From Takakia lepidozioides (lineage: Eukaryota > Plantae > Bryophyta), in the NCBI GenBank assembly GCA_030704615.1, contig CM060732.1, positions 46,810,001 through 46,874,000 of the forward strand: 64,000 nucleotides of DNA, in the 5' to 3' direction. The translations under genes were made by a program, and so were the position numbers. The notes under the pieces are model-generated. The model had not been told where the DNA came from and searched no databases. It saw nothing but the letters and a program-made list of their open reading frames with translations. Positions 13,209 through 26,029 of this stretch are shown in pieces; the stretch's first letter is position 1; each line of letters opens with the position of its first letter.

Positions 13209-13390
13209 GAGGGAGAGAGAGAGGGACAGAGAGGGACAGAGAGAGGGAGTGAGAGGGAGAGATCAGGAAACAAAAAGAAAAAGAGGAACGTGGGAGGGGG
13301 AGTGACTGAGTAGCAACTACTCAGTCACTTCCCCCTCCCCCACCTTTTTGTTTTTTCTTTGTTGCCCCCTCTCTCCCTCTGTCTCCCTCC
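13209..13390. repeat. purine/pyrimidine foldback (GA-rich arm, GTGACTGAGTAG-CAA-CTACTCAGTCAC centre); related copy at ~16690-16890
   Basis: Shared GAGGGACAGAGAGAGGGAG..GATCAGGAAAC and CTCAGTCACT..CCCCCACC segments. Confidence 0.6.
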
Positions 13391-13410
13391 TCGGAACTGG
13401 CCGGTTGCAT

Positions 13411-14056
13411 CAGTGTTCTTTTCATGATCTTCCATCTATACCAGATGGACTCTAAAAGGTGTTTTCACCCGACTTGTAAAGGTTTTCTATCCATACCGGA
13501 AGAATCACCCAGGTGGACACTAAAGTACCTTTAAAAAGGACCTATAATTTTTCATTCCTCTTTTATTGACTTTCATCTATATCAGATGAGTCACAAGAGA
13601 ATGAGGAATTACCTCCACAGGGGTTATGGCACTGGTATCCTATCTATAATTTTTCCATCCATGCTGGATGAAAAATACCAGGATTTGAATTTGTTTTATT
13701 CCCCCTTTATGCTTTTTTCCGTACTGGATGAGGCTTTCTCTTAAGGGATGACGAATTACCTGTTATGATGAAAAAATGCTGCCCTGGATGAAGGATACTA
13801 CTTTTTCATCCTGCTGATGGACCTCATCCAAGAAAATGAACCTATTTTTTTTTTTCATCTGGACCGGATGAAAAAAGCAGCTTATGATGGCCATGGAGAT
13901 TTTTTTAATTACCCTTAATTACTGCTAATTAAGGAGTGAAACCCTAACTCCTACCCTATAATCTATTGTTTAAACCTAGTTAACGGATGACATCCGTCGG
14001 GTTTTTAAGAGAAAGGGTATTGATTATTCATCCTCCGGATGAAAAATCGGGCTCTG
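13411..14056. repeat. GGATGA/TCATCC motif-rich tract, probable DNA-transposon subterminal remnant
   Basis: Many dispersed GGATGA(A) and TTCATC(C) motifs in both orientations; termini not established. Confidence 0.3.
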
Positions 14057-15919
14057 CCCTAGGGTGTCTCTCCCGCTGTCAGCTGCATTCCTCGTGCTGC
14101 TGAGCTCGCGAGTTATGGCGTCTGAGCTCTGCTGCTACCCTGTCTGTTGCTTCATGCCGGACGAACTCCTGGGGACGCGCAATGGCGGCGTCTTGTCTCT
14201 TCTCACAGGCGGGAGAACCCGCTGTGATGGCATCGTCCCTTTCCCTCCTCTGGCTTTTATGTTTCGCAGCGCCGCTTTGGTGGGGAAGTATATCACTCCC
14301 TATCGCTTCTTAGACCTAGCATTTGCATGCTTCGCTTCTCCTTAGCTGTGCTGGAGGTGGCGTGTTGGTGGCGATGGCGCAGTGTTACCTTCCCCAATCG
14401 CTCAAGGTGCTTTTGGCGATTAGGGTTCTTTTTACTTCATATCTTTCTCTCTTGTTTTTGGGGTTCTTAGTTGACATCGATAACAAGTGTAGGGGTCTGT
14501 GTTTCACCTGGGGTTCCACAATCCTCACTAACCCATTGGTTTTTGTGGGGGCTTGTGATGGGACCAGGTGAGGATCCCTACCTACTTTGAAATTCTCTTT
14601 TTGCTTGCAGATAAAGATGTGTGCAAAAGGAAGCTGCTGATGGAGCACTTTGGCCTGGCAGCCTTGTCTCATGCAGCACTGCATGTGAATCCTACCTTGT
14701 CTTGAATCTTTGACAGCTTTGCCTGTGGATTTTTAGACTAGGTTTCCTTTTTTTGGGCCTTAAAAGAGGATTAATGGTGTAAGGGACAAGTCATAAGTGG
14801 CTGTTTGGCTCTAAGGATGAGGAGACCTGAGTTTTGTTAAAAAAGACAGCCTGATAAGGCAGTGACAGGCCGTTTTCAGACCTGGATTTGTTGTGGAATG
14901 GAGCATAGTGAGGTTCTATTTGCAAAACATGGCATTAGCCTCCTGTGAAACAGTGACGGTAAGCTCTAAAGGACTCTGCTCAATGATTATTTACTTTATT
15001 TTGCCATATGAACAGCCACCTGCATTGTATGATTTATCTTGGCCAAGTGGGCTTGGTCTTGGGCACTCAAAGTGAATGTGTGTCCAGATCTGGATGTTGT
15101 GACAGGGCAGGCCTTTCTTCCATGCCAAAACGCCTTACATGATGTATATCTTGGGGCAAGTGTACATGATGTAGAATGAAGTCGCAGTCAGTCCTGTCAT
15201 GCCCAAAGTGATCACTTGGTTGCATGTTTGAAGTCTGATTTACTGCAGGCTGGGCCAGCAAGAGTCCTATGTGCACAGGTCCTGAATATATACAATGACA
15301 GACTGTTCTTACATACCCAGAAGGCCTTGCACGATGCATGCTTTGGGGTGCTAACATTTGGCCAAATGTGAAGCGGCAATATGGCTTACCATGCCCAAGA
15401 AGTGTACTTGGTGGCAGGCCAGAAGTGTAATTGATTGCAGGCTGGTCTTCCTGCTGCCGCGGTGTGAACACTCACTAAATGTGTTGTAGGGCAGACTGTT
15501 CTTACCTACCTTGCATAATGCTTGTCTTGGATCACCTCAAGTACTTGTGTATACATATCTTGGATCTGTAATGTGGCAAGAAGTTCTTATATGCCCATGA
15601 TATCTTGCATGGTGCATATCTTATGGATACTATGGATGATATAATCTGAGGCTGCAATCTGACTTATATTGTGCAAGAGGTCACTTGGGTACATGACATG
15701 AATTTGATTATGAACATACCCCGCCCTCCCACCCGTTTTATCATGACTGAATGGGTGGGCGTCACTTGGTGTGTTATGACCAGACTGGAAATGTTAGATG
15801 GTGCCCTGTCATGGCTGTTTATGTCTTTAATTGACAAATGACCCTAGTTGGTCTTGTCCATGTCTTGACATGACATGAATATCTGCCCTCTCCCTCTCTC
15901 TTTTTAACTTTTTCTGCAG

Positions 15920-16617
15920 AGGGGTCAACTCTGAGGTTAAGAAAACCATGTTTTGTCGCATTATTAGACCTGCCTTGGAGTATGGATCTGCAATATGGGT
16001 TGATAAATCTGGCTTAGAGGCTGTAGTGTCCAAAGCCATGTCTGTTGCCATGAGATTGTCTGATGAAATGAAGTTAGGCAGAAAACTTCCCTGAACTTGT
16101 TTCCCGTCAGTGACATGGGAGGACATCTTGGGGGACCTAAGGTCTACCTACTCTCGGCACTAGACTGAAATTTAAACTCAGGGCAGGAAGCCTACCTTTG
16201 AACAACAAATAGAAGCAGAGAGGAAAGGGAGAGTGCAATTGCCCGTTGTGTGGGCAATCTGAAGACAATACTCATTTTCTGATACACTGTCCGGGGTTCT
16301 CTCACCAAAGAGACGCTCTCTTCAAATCTATCAAGGGAATTGTGCATGTACCTCTATTAACCAACTTTGAAAGTCTCAAGGCCAAGCCAAAAGCCCAGGC
16401 CCTCCTGAGGCCTAGTTATTGGGCAAATCACACACAACAGTTTGATGCTTGTGTGAAGAGATTTCTAGAGGATATCTGGAAAACCCAGATTAATTCTATA
16501 TATGAAAGTAAGTCTTACTACCAACGTCAGCCCCTGAGAGGCAGGTTCTGTCCCTTTTGTTTCTGCTCAAACTGGGCGCGGGGTCAATGGCCACAAGGCT
16601 ACGGCAAACTCTTATGA
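15920..16617 (+). pseudogene. LINE ORF2 3' fragment (RT thumb region and CCHC zinc finger)
   Basis: MFCRIIRPALEYGSAIW (15948+) is typical of LINE RT C-termini; CPLCGQSEDNTHFLIHC finger; frameshifted. Confidence 0.7.
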
Positions 16618-16989
16618 GTACAATCTTTTAACTTTTTATGCACCCTCTCTCCCTTGTGGTTTGTTTACTTTTGTGAACAACAAAAAAAAGAGAGAGGGAG
16701 AGAGAGAGAGAGAGAGGGAGAGAGGGACAGAGGGAAAGAGGGACAGAGAGAGGGAGAGATCAGGAAACCAAAAAAAAAAAAATGGGGGGGGGGGGGGGTG
16801 GTGGAGGGGGAACTGAGCCCGTGGTGCTCAACAGCTGCTGGTGGTGCTCAGTCACTCCCCCCCCCACCTTTTCTTTTCTCTTTGTTGTGAGAGAGCACTT
16901 GCTGCTCTCAGCCCCCGACATGCTTGGTTTTTTTTTGTTTTTGATCTGGAATGTTCATAATGAAGCCAACTTGTGGGTTTGCATGACAG

Positions 16990-18746
16990 GTGCCAGCTTA
17001 TGGGGAAAGAGAAGAAGTCCCTTGCCCCAAAGAAGGGGCGGACAATCCGTTTGCTATGCCGGCACGTGTGACACGCCAGGGCGTCTCCCGGCTAACCAGC
17101 CCCGTCGACAGCCGCAGCCGGAGGGCTCGTCTGCCCCCCGAGGCCAGTACCCCCCCTCTTGTCCACATCTTGGATGCGCCAGGGGCCGGCTCAGCCAGCT
17201 CTCCTATTCGGGAGGTTGTTGCTGAGCCGGATGCTCAGTTGAGCACACCCCCGGCACCAAGACAGGTGAAATATACCTTGGCAAGCACATCACCCGTTCG
17301 GGGGCCCGGTATGGCCACCTTTTGGATGTCACCCCCATAGCGACCCCTTCCTCTGCAGCAAAGGCTGCACTTGCCAAGGCCCAACGTCAGGTTCAAGGGC
17401 CTTTGAAAGCCTCCATTGCCAGCCCATTTGTTGTCGATGAGGGAGGAGGAGACGAGGAGGGCCAATGAAGTGGCCAAGATAGCGAAGCGCCTCGAAGAAG
17501 TCAAGCCGGGTGAGGGCTTCTACCCTGATACGCATTTGGGGGGGGGGGGAGAGGAGGTGGGCTGGTTCGGAGCAGCCTAGCCGATCAGCGACACCGCCCC
17601 CTGAGCCTGAGCAGTCAGCAAAGAAGGGCCTGGACTACGGGGCGCCGTCGCCGGGTATGCTCCACATCTGGAATCTACTTCCAGTGGCGCTCCGGGAGGG
17701 GATAGAGCGGGCACATCCGGAAACGGGGACTGTGACACCAGGGGCGAGTCGGACAAGCTTGCAAAGGTACAACTGTCGCACCTTGTTCCATGATTTATCC
17801 TTTCCTTTGCATGCATGATTTTCTTTGTTGTTTGTTTCTTTTTTGAATTTGGGTTATTTGTCTTCAGGAGGCAGCAACATGGCTGGCCTCATTGGTGCAG
17901 TCTAGTGGGGTTGCCAATGAGGGAGAGCACGTGGTGTTCATGAAGGACCCGAACACCAAAGGTAAGAAGAAGAGGCCTCGGGAGAGAGAGGAAGTAGCAG
18001 GGAAGGGGAAGGAAAAGAAGAAGAATAAAAAGAAGTCCCATGGAGAGGAAGGGGTGAGTGTGCATGCGGGGGAGGGCAGTGGGGTAACAAAGGAGCAGGG
18101 GAAGGAGCCTACAAAGAAGGGAGAGGGTGGGATGGCCTTGGCGATACAGGACGTGGAGTTGGCAAAGATCGTGGTGCCACCGGTGGAGGTGAATCGCCAT
18201 GGTGACCCCTGCGGTGCGTTCTGGGAGGCTATGAAGAAGCCAGCCTTCGAACTCGCATTGAGGTGGTTCCCTTTGCACATCGAGTGGGCTGATCAGCACT
18301 TTGGCATGAAGCGGGCGTATGCCCGTGAGTTAGACCGCCGGTTTCCGAGCAATTGGAGTGACACAAGGGTGATGGAGATGGTGGGGCGAAACTTGAAGGA
18401 CATGAGGTACCATGCCAGACAGATCATTCGGAGGGCAATGGAAAAGGGGGCCATACCCAAACCACCTTATGGAATTACACAGGTTGGCAAATCCTGAATC
18501 ATGTCACCTTCCATTTGTTGCATGTGCATTAATGAGGTGGATTCGATGCAACGTATGTGTGTAATTCACTAATTGTTAGGGGGGGGGTGCAAAGTATCGT
18601 GGGATGCACTCTTTGCGGGAGAGACTGATGCCACAAACAAAGCCAAATTTGACCGGGCACGCGAAGCAACAACAATCCGCCTTGACAAGCACGAATCCAC
18701 ACGCAAGTGGGGCGCCGGTGGATCCAAGGGTTTTATCTTGCGATTT
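16990..18746 (+). pseudogene. CACTA/En-Spm TnpA-like (Ptta/En/Spm-type) second ORF, spliced fragments
   Basis: ..VGRNLKDMRYHARQ..KPPYGITQ|VSWDALFAGE..KFDRAREATTIR..KWGAGGS resembles the Ptta/En/Spm domain; lies just inside a CACTA terminus. Confidence 0.55.
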
Positions 18747-18829
18747 GTAAGTCGTACTTCCCTATGGATTTTGTTATGTCTTCTTTCTTTCTGGCTCCAT
18801 CATCGTGAAGAACTGACTTTAATCCCCCA

Positions 18830-19564
18830 ATTCACCCCCAAAATGAACCCCCAACCCCACCCCCCACCAGGCTGCCCTCGCGACTGCATCACGTCGCCAA
18901 TGGCGACGTGTTTTTGGGCGGGGTCGCAAGCAACGATGGTCGGGCGTCGCAAACCCCATTTGCGGGTGGCAACGCCCGACACCCCCCTACGACGTGTTTT
19001 TAGTCCGGGGGTCGCAATCCGCGACGCCCTGGCGTCGCGGAGACCGCCACCCTGCCTGCGTCACGTTTTTTTTTTTAATTAATATAAAAAAAAACGACGC
19101 CAAAGCGTCGCAAAAACCCATGCTCGGGCGTGGCAGAGACCGACTCCCGCTATTTTGTGCCACGTCCAATAGTTGCTGGCAGCGACGCACGGGCGTCGCT
19201 TGGCGTACCACCCGGCTGACTCCTAGGCAGGTTAGAAAAAAAAAAAAAAATGCGACGCCGCGCCGGCGCCCCCACCAACGCCGTCAGCTGGAGGGTAGCG
19301 ATAGCGAGACGTCACTCGAAGAGGCTCCTGCCATCGGCGCGGACGGCCTGAAAAACCGACGTCCGGCAGTCGCGGGAGTTGGGGCGGGGACTCGCGACCC
19401 CCATACATCGCATTTTTTGCGGCGTCATTTTGGCGACGCCCTTGCGACTGTAGGGCAACGGCCGGGCGTTGCAAATTCTGCGCCTCCCGCGTGCCCGAAA
19501 AGGGCGTTTCCCCAATGCTGCGGCGTGGCGCGGGCATCGCAAAGGCCCCCTTTTTCCTGTAGTG
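18830..19564. mobile_element. CACTA right terminus with subterminal (G)CGACGC/GCGTCG repeats
   Basis: Ends TTTTTCCTGTAGTG (revcomp CACTACAGGAAAAA) at 19564; dense CGACG motifs; truncates the dUTPase ORF. Confidence 0.8.
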
Positions 19565-21448
19565 CATAGGCTCTGGATTGGCAATCAGAATGCGAACATG
19601 ACCTCTAAAACTCCTATCCAAAAGCCCTGATGCAACTAAGCAATGTTTTTGCAATGACAGGCGTTTCCAACCCTCAATCTCAAGGTATTTGCCTTGTGGG
19701 AAAATGAAAGCAAGGCCCGTAGACACAATGACTTGAGACATAGCAGGTAATTGAACATTAGCAGGGGCTCTAAGAAGAAGGGTGTCACCCTCGACAGGCA
19801 TGGGAGCACCAGTCTTGCAGCCAACAGCAGGTATGTGCCACTGGTGTAAAAGCATCGTTTGGCTACTCTGAAAACCAAAGAATCGAGTCCAATTGTATGT
19901 GTCTCCAGCCCGTTGCCTGACTTCACGTGAGACAGCCTTCATGCAAGCAAGATGTCTGGTCCCACTGGCTGCGAGGATAGGGATCTGATTCAAATTAACT
20001 TTGCAGCTGCCACCTTCACCATCCTTCAAGGTCATAGCATTAGTACAGAGATCAATGGAAGCCATGGCTTCAGACATCCAATCTAACCCCAAAAGTAGTT
20101 GTTCGCCCACGGTTACAATCCCTGTGATGGTGACAACTTTGCGACTGATTCTTACTGATACACTAACTAAACCCAGGGGTTCATAGCTGGTACCATCAGC
20201 TATGGTGACCTCAATACCCTTGGCTGGAGACATTTTTAAACCCAAGACTTGAACCACATGCAAAGGAATGGCAGAGACTGTACAGGCCGTGTCTATGACA
20301 CATTGAAAAGATAAGTGACCAATATGACACTGTTCATCAAGGGGTGAATTCGCTCTCTATTCTTGGTTTTCAACACCTCAGTATGGAGCAACTTGAAATT
20401 GGTGGACACAAACAAAGTAGCTGAGGGTTTAGAAGGTCTACACCTGTGAATACATGGCCTTTCCTTAGCAAATGACCTTACTTGTTTAAAGCACCCTTAC
20501 CCTTTTGATCTCGTTTCCACTGCTCATAGATGGCAGGTAAGTCTGGCTGTATGGGGCAAAACCTGGTCCATTGCTTAGTGCTCTTACAAATCAGGCAGGC
20601 TGCTCGTTCCTGATAACCTGATCCAGTATTGGTTCGACCTCTATGACCTGCCTTCCTTTCACCATCATCAGAAGTCCGCCAATGACTTTCAACTTTGAAA
20701 GCCTGCAGCTCTGTCCTCACAGTATCCTGCACATTTCTCACAAGAGCAGGCAACAACTCTAGGCAACCCTCATCCCCATCAGTACCAGTACATGTATCAA
20801 CATCATGCAACATGACCTGAGACTTTTTGGTAGGAGCTAAACCCCTCTTTGCTGCGTTGATGCGAGCTCTTTCCTCAATGAGCTGAGCCATCTCCTTGTC
20901 CGTTTTGTATGAGCTTTTCTCCAAAAACACTTGTTCAGCTGGTGGTAACCCTTTGATGAAAGAAATCTTGGTGGCCAAAGGTCTCTTAGCCACCACTGGC
21001 ACTACCTTGCATACTGAAGTCCTGAGTTCTGCATAGTATTTCCACACACTTTCTCCTATGCAAAACTTTCTTTCAGGAATGGCATAGTGTGTTGGTTTAA
21101 TCTCCTGAAACAGCTGATGAGCCAATCAACACTGTATTCAAAATGTCCATACCTTTGGTCACCTAGCTTAAACTCTGGGTATGGTTGTTTGACAGGTTTG
21201 GATTCATGAGGCTTGGCAACTGTTGTCGTAGAATTAGTTTGTTTGTTCAACAAAAGTTCCAACAGAGCGAGACAATCAGAGATAGTTTTCATGGCATCAC
21301 AAAGATCTTGTAAGTCTAAGCCGTCCAGATGATTGATGCCTCTTGACATCGCAGCAGGTTGTGTCTCAGGACCAGGAACTGAATCATCACCAAAGATCTC
21401 ATCTATCCCTTCTTTCCATTCACTCATCTTAACACTCTCAGACTCCAA
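19565..21448 (-). pseudogene. truncated retroelement gag - aspartic protease - dUTPase-like polyprotein
   Basis: Degenerate knuckle CLICKSTKQWTRFC; protease VIDTACTVSAI..IADGT..LLLGLDWM; dUTPase-like LRAPANVQLPAMSQVIVSTGLAFIFPQGKYLEI..SGLLDRSFRGHVRILIAN. Confidence 0.7.
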
Positions 21449-21579
21449 CAGTTTAGCACGACCTCAACATCCACTAAGATAACGCAAACGAAGATCAAGG
21501 CACAGAGAAAATCACCTGACTAGGATGCAACATGCACTTCTCTCAATCCGTGACTGTGTAGGAAGAGATGAAACGATGA

Positions 21580-22407
21580 TTATAACTGAGATACACAGCT
21601 TCGCCCTGCAGATGCCAGAGTGACTGAGCCACCTTCAGCCAAAATGCAACGTTGGTCACCATCCGTACTACCTTCTCCTTGATAATACTTGTCAACAGGA
21701 ATCTGGACTCGACAGAGCCCAACCTTCTCTTGATCAAAGGTTTTACCATGAAAAATCACAATATCTCGAGCAAAGAGATGAAATAAGTGTTGTGGGACGC
21801 CAGTGATGGATTGTTCCCACGAAAAATCATCAGCAGGCTGATCGGCACTCCAGGCAGGGCGTATATTTGTCAGCGCCGCTGCACTCCCACCTCGGACAAG
21901 CTCCCAAAAGCGATAGCCACTAGGAACCTTTGGGTGCAGAAAGCTCTCAAGGTTGTTGGTGCAATCTCGGGTGACAACAAACTTAGGTACTCCAATCTGT
22001 GGCCAAGTGAGTAGCTCGCCCTGTCCAAATTGCTCACGCATGACCTCCCGAGGTAAGCACTTAGCGATTTCTTTTGCATGCAGCTTCTGCAGCAGTTTGC
22101 CAGCAAACGCACCCTGCTTAGCTTCAGCAATATTGCGACGCTGCTCGCGTTTCTCTCCTTCAGAATTCACGGTCTTGCGAGCTTCATCAACGGCTGTCTG
22201 CTCAAATTTCTCTATCCAGTAAGCCGAGGGCACGTCAAGTAGAATGTCCGCGTCCCCCCTCACTGGCGGTTCTCCTTTGTAAGGCCTTAGCACTTCAGGG
22301 GACGCAGTATCATGCACAACACTCAGGAAGATAGCTTCAAACAAATCGTCATCAATCACAAACGAAGCAGCATCATTCGAACTGGAAGCCATGGCCGCTG
22401 TTTGCAC
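21580..22407 (-). CDS. 275-aa ORF of unknown function upstream of gag (possible degenerate C2-like C-terminus)
   Basis: Uninterrupted ORF co-oriented with the gag-PR-dUTPase remnant; domain call weak. Confidence 0.4.
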   Translation of the reverse strand: MQTAAMASSSNDAASFVIDDDLFEAIFLSVVHDTASPEVLRPYKGEPPVRGDADILLDVPSAYWIEKFEQTAVDEARKTVNSEGEKREQRRNIAEAKQGAFAGKLLQKLHAKEIAKCLPREVMREQFGQGELLTWPQIGVPKFVVTRDCTNNLESFLHPKVPSGYRFWELVRGGSAAALTNIRPAWSADQPADDFSWEQSITGVPQHLFHLFARDIVIFHGKTFDQEKVGLCRVQIPVDKYYQGEGSTDGDQRCILAEGGSVTLASAGRSCVSQL

Positions 22408-23103
22408 AATTTTCGCTCACAAAGCAGGAAGACACAAGACACACAAAATCAGCAGAAACAACATACACCAGGAGGCAAATGATTGAACATAGTGGATTGC
22501 GCTGCCATCTTTCTAGATTTCCTGTACAGCCGTCTTTCCACCATAGCCACACCAAACCTAGGCTATCATCATCAGAATACCAAGGCCGTTAGATTTAGTT
22601 GCCCCCCATCTCCACCAAAAGCCCCGACGCAAGGATATTCTCTTATCCTCTGCGGGTTAAGTCATGCACAGGGGATTGTAAGCTATAGAACTTTGCCAAG
22701 CTGACAGGGGATGATCTATTGCAGAGCACATATACAATCTAAGCCAATCGTTGCACGCAACAGAGTATCAAAACAATTTCATCCAGAGTCCTTCACACAT
22801 CCACTGCACCAACTTGAAGACCAAAAACATCCTGCCTCAGCCTGATGATCTCTACATTTAAATAATCGGGAGAGGCTAATCTGGAGATCCGAATGCAGCA
22901 CTCTTATTGGACATGCAGATTACAAGGCCTCACATCAGCCAGCTCAGTTTCCAGGTTGGCTTATCTCGTGACTGTTAACGTAGGACAATCATATAACCAA
23001 AGATAGTCCCTGTCATCATTAATGTCCAACAACCCCATGCTTTTCATCCAAGGGACTGACAGGAGAGCATATGCACCGCCATAGAATTTGGAGCTTTACA
23101 AAC

Positions 23104-23887
23104 CAGTGTTGGGCGGGTAACCGGACTGATCCCGGTTAACCGGCGGGTCAGGTTCCAGTTAATAAGAACCTAACCGGAACCGGAACCGGGTCCCAGATTT
23201 GGGGCTTTCATGGAACTGAAACCGCCGGTTCCTAGTGGGGTCAGGAACTGCCACTAACCGGAACCATGAACAGGGGGCGGTTCGGTTCCGGTTTGCGCAG
23301 TTATGGTATGTCCCTAATTAATGCGGCCCCGCCAGCCTCCAGCCAGCCGCATCAAGTCAGCCTTGCTGATGGTTGGATGTTTGTGCCTTGCCTGGGTGAT
23401 CCTAGGTTCAATTCAATCCTTCAACATGTGCCTTCAACTGTCCATTGGCCCCTTGATGGGCTGCGTGTTGAGTAATAGGCTGTGTAAATTCCCTGGACGT
23501 TAAAAAAACTTTATCTTTACTTCATATGTTTTACCTGGACAATTGTCATAGCAAATATTTATTTTTAGTAAGTTGGAACACATCTAATATTTATTTGACC
23601 AATAGGACATTAAATTTCTAAATAAAAATTATTTTTTTAATAATTTAATAATGTAGTTGGACACTTAACCGGAACCAGCAATTCTTTCCAGCAAATAACC
23701 GAACCGGAACCGTCCTAATGTTCAAGAACTGGAATGGAACCGGAACCGCTTATTTTTCATCCCAAATAACCGCCCCGGAACCGGAACCGCAATTTAAACC
23801 CTACCCTAGAACCGGAACCGCAATTTAAACCCTACCCTAGAACCGGAACCGGAGGTTCTTGAAAAAAGCAAGCACCGCCCAACAGCA
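23104..23887. mobile_element. non-autonomous hAT-like element / MITE
   Basis: CAGTGTTGGGCGG ... CCGCCCAACA inverted ends; AACCGG(AACCG) subterminal repeats at both sides; AT-rich core; ~31-bp tandem duplication near 23780-23850; TSD not confirmed. Confidence 0.6.
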
Positions 23888-24764
23888 GATATGCTTGCCT
23901 AGCAGACCAAGCCGCAGCTGACCATCCAACGGTAGGGGCGCTCCACCCGTTACCATCCATTCTGCTACACATGGGCCTGCCGCTTTGGACACTGCAGTGA
24001 AGACGCTATTATCTTATAATGAGAAGCATCCAACCCCTCTTTACTATTTCACCATCCCTTGAAGACCTTGTCTCTCTCAAGAGTTTTTTTCTGTTCAAAT
24101 ACAAATGTGATGGATGAGAAGAATCTTTGTATTGCACATTTGGCCATGTTGGAAAATGAGACTTGGAACCAGTTCTCCTAATTGATTGCACTTGATTTTG
24201 GCAAAATGTAATGCAAAGGGCTTTTGCAACATTTTTATTTTCTTTGGGAAACCAAGTATACTTATAAATTGACGCGATACTCAGGCTACCACTTTAAATT
24301 AAATTAGGTTAGATTATTTATACCCGGGCTGGTAACCCGCTATTGGAATACCATTAGTTGATAACCATCATCAAATCCAAAATCCTCCCTCTATTGAGAA
24401 CTGACCGATATTAAAATGTTGTGAGTATTCCAATGCTATGGAACCAGCCTGCAGTGGTATTGAAAAGTGAAAATATTTGAATACCAGGATCTGGCTGGTA
24501 TTAGAAAAAGTAATACCTGCCCATAACCGATTTTTAGAGCAGACTCGCTGACGTGGCGTGTTTCCCTATTTGAGGAGGGGTGCTATATGTGGTATTCTAA
24601 GACCTACTAGATTTTAACTACCTACCTACCTGCTGCGGGGATGAAAACTTCATATCACAGCTCCAAATGGATACAAAACTTGGTGGAAGGTATGTACAAG
24701 GGTAAACTGACTGGCTCGCTGCCCTAAAATGATTGGCTCGCTGCCCTAAAGACCGGTTATGTCT

Positions 24765-24889
24765 GGTAGCGCTCGAGAGGAGCCCCTGCTATGGGATATA
24801 GCAGGTCGCCATGACATCTCACCGCTAATGCGGCTCGGTAGGTCCTGGCTCCTGCTATATCGTAGCAGGGGCTCCTCTCGAATGCTACC
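24765..24889. repeat. ~125-bp foldback with ~40-bp imperfect stem
   Basis: GGTAGCGCTCGAGAGGAGCCCCTGCTATGGGATATAGCAGG pairs with CCTGCTATATCGTAGCAGGGGCTCCTCTCGAATGCTACC. Confidence 0.8.
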
Positions 24890-26029
24890 TAGTCCAATGC
24901 TAGTTCTAGCATCGACCAAAGGTCGGAAGCTAGTTTAGCGTAGAGCAGGAATAGGGTGCCATAGTGCCACGTCATCATAGACACGTTATCGTAGCCACGT
25001 CATCATTGTCATCAATTTCTTTGGAATCTGCCCGGACGGCCCGCGCGAAATAGGCTAATAGAAATCGCTGCGCCAACGTTTTTGGAACTGCCCGCAATGC
25101 CCGGATCTTGATCTTCTTGAACTGCAGGAGCTCTGCGTTTTCCGCCATCGTTCAACTTGCAAGCACAGGCATGGATAGTTGAAGGAGCAGGGATTGAGTG
25201 TGGGTCCAGATTCATCCAAAAGGGCCAGATTTCAAGCTCCAGATTACCTATGATTCGAAAAAACAACAAATGGGGAGGAGTTTCTTGCAGACGGAATCGG
25301 AAGCTTTCACTCGTGATTGGGTGGGAAAGAAGAAAAGTGCAGCTTAGATTACACCTTACTTCCTTGTTTCAGACCCACACAGTGAGTCTCCATGATTGAT
25401 TTTCCATGAGCACGAATGGTATGTCAGGTTGTGTCTGGTTGCAAAAGTCCCACATCTGCTTGAAGCTAAACCCAAGTTTCAAACCTAATCTTACATTGAT
25501 TAGATTGTAATTGTCTGTCTGTCTGCCATAACCTCCCTATAACCAGTGTTCACTGGAAACAATAAATGCAACTGTGAGACTGACATTCAAAGCTGAAGGT
25601 TGCTCTGTTTCCATGTTTAAGCCTTCTTGGCCATTATTTTTGTGACATCAAACGTGGTGATAATGATGCAATTTGGATATAACCATATGTGTTATAGGAA
25701 TCCATCTGTGTGTTAGTGACCCTGAGATTTACTCTGAAGGACCCTTTAGTCCCTCATTTTGTAGTGAGGGAAGTGGTTAAAGTGAAGGGCCTTTATTCAG
25801 TAAAAAAACTGTTTAGACAGGTTGTCTAATTTACCTTGTCGTGTTCTGAAGCTTGCATGGTTTGATTCCAGAACCATTCCTCCGAGAAGAAAAGATGACC
25901 TTTTGGTATACATCTGTGAACAGATTTGATTCCAGAGACAAAGGGTTACAGGGGTTGGACTTTGTCTCAGATGTGAAATTTGTAGTCATTTGTAGCAATT
26001 TTGGATGCTGCTTGAATGCTAGTTATGGG

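Noticed and set aside
14064-15800. Possible spliced host gene
   Set aside because: Some splice-like signals but no coherent ORF or recognisable domain
866-19564. One large CACTA element from CACTAC at 866 to GTAGTG at 19564
   Set aside because: Flanking 3-mers differ (GTG vs CAT), TIRs and subterminal motifs differ, and the pairing disappears once the 13155-29224 inversion is undone
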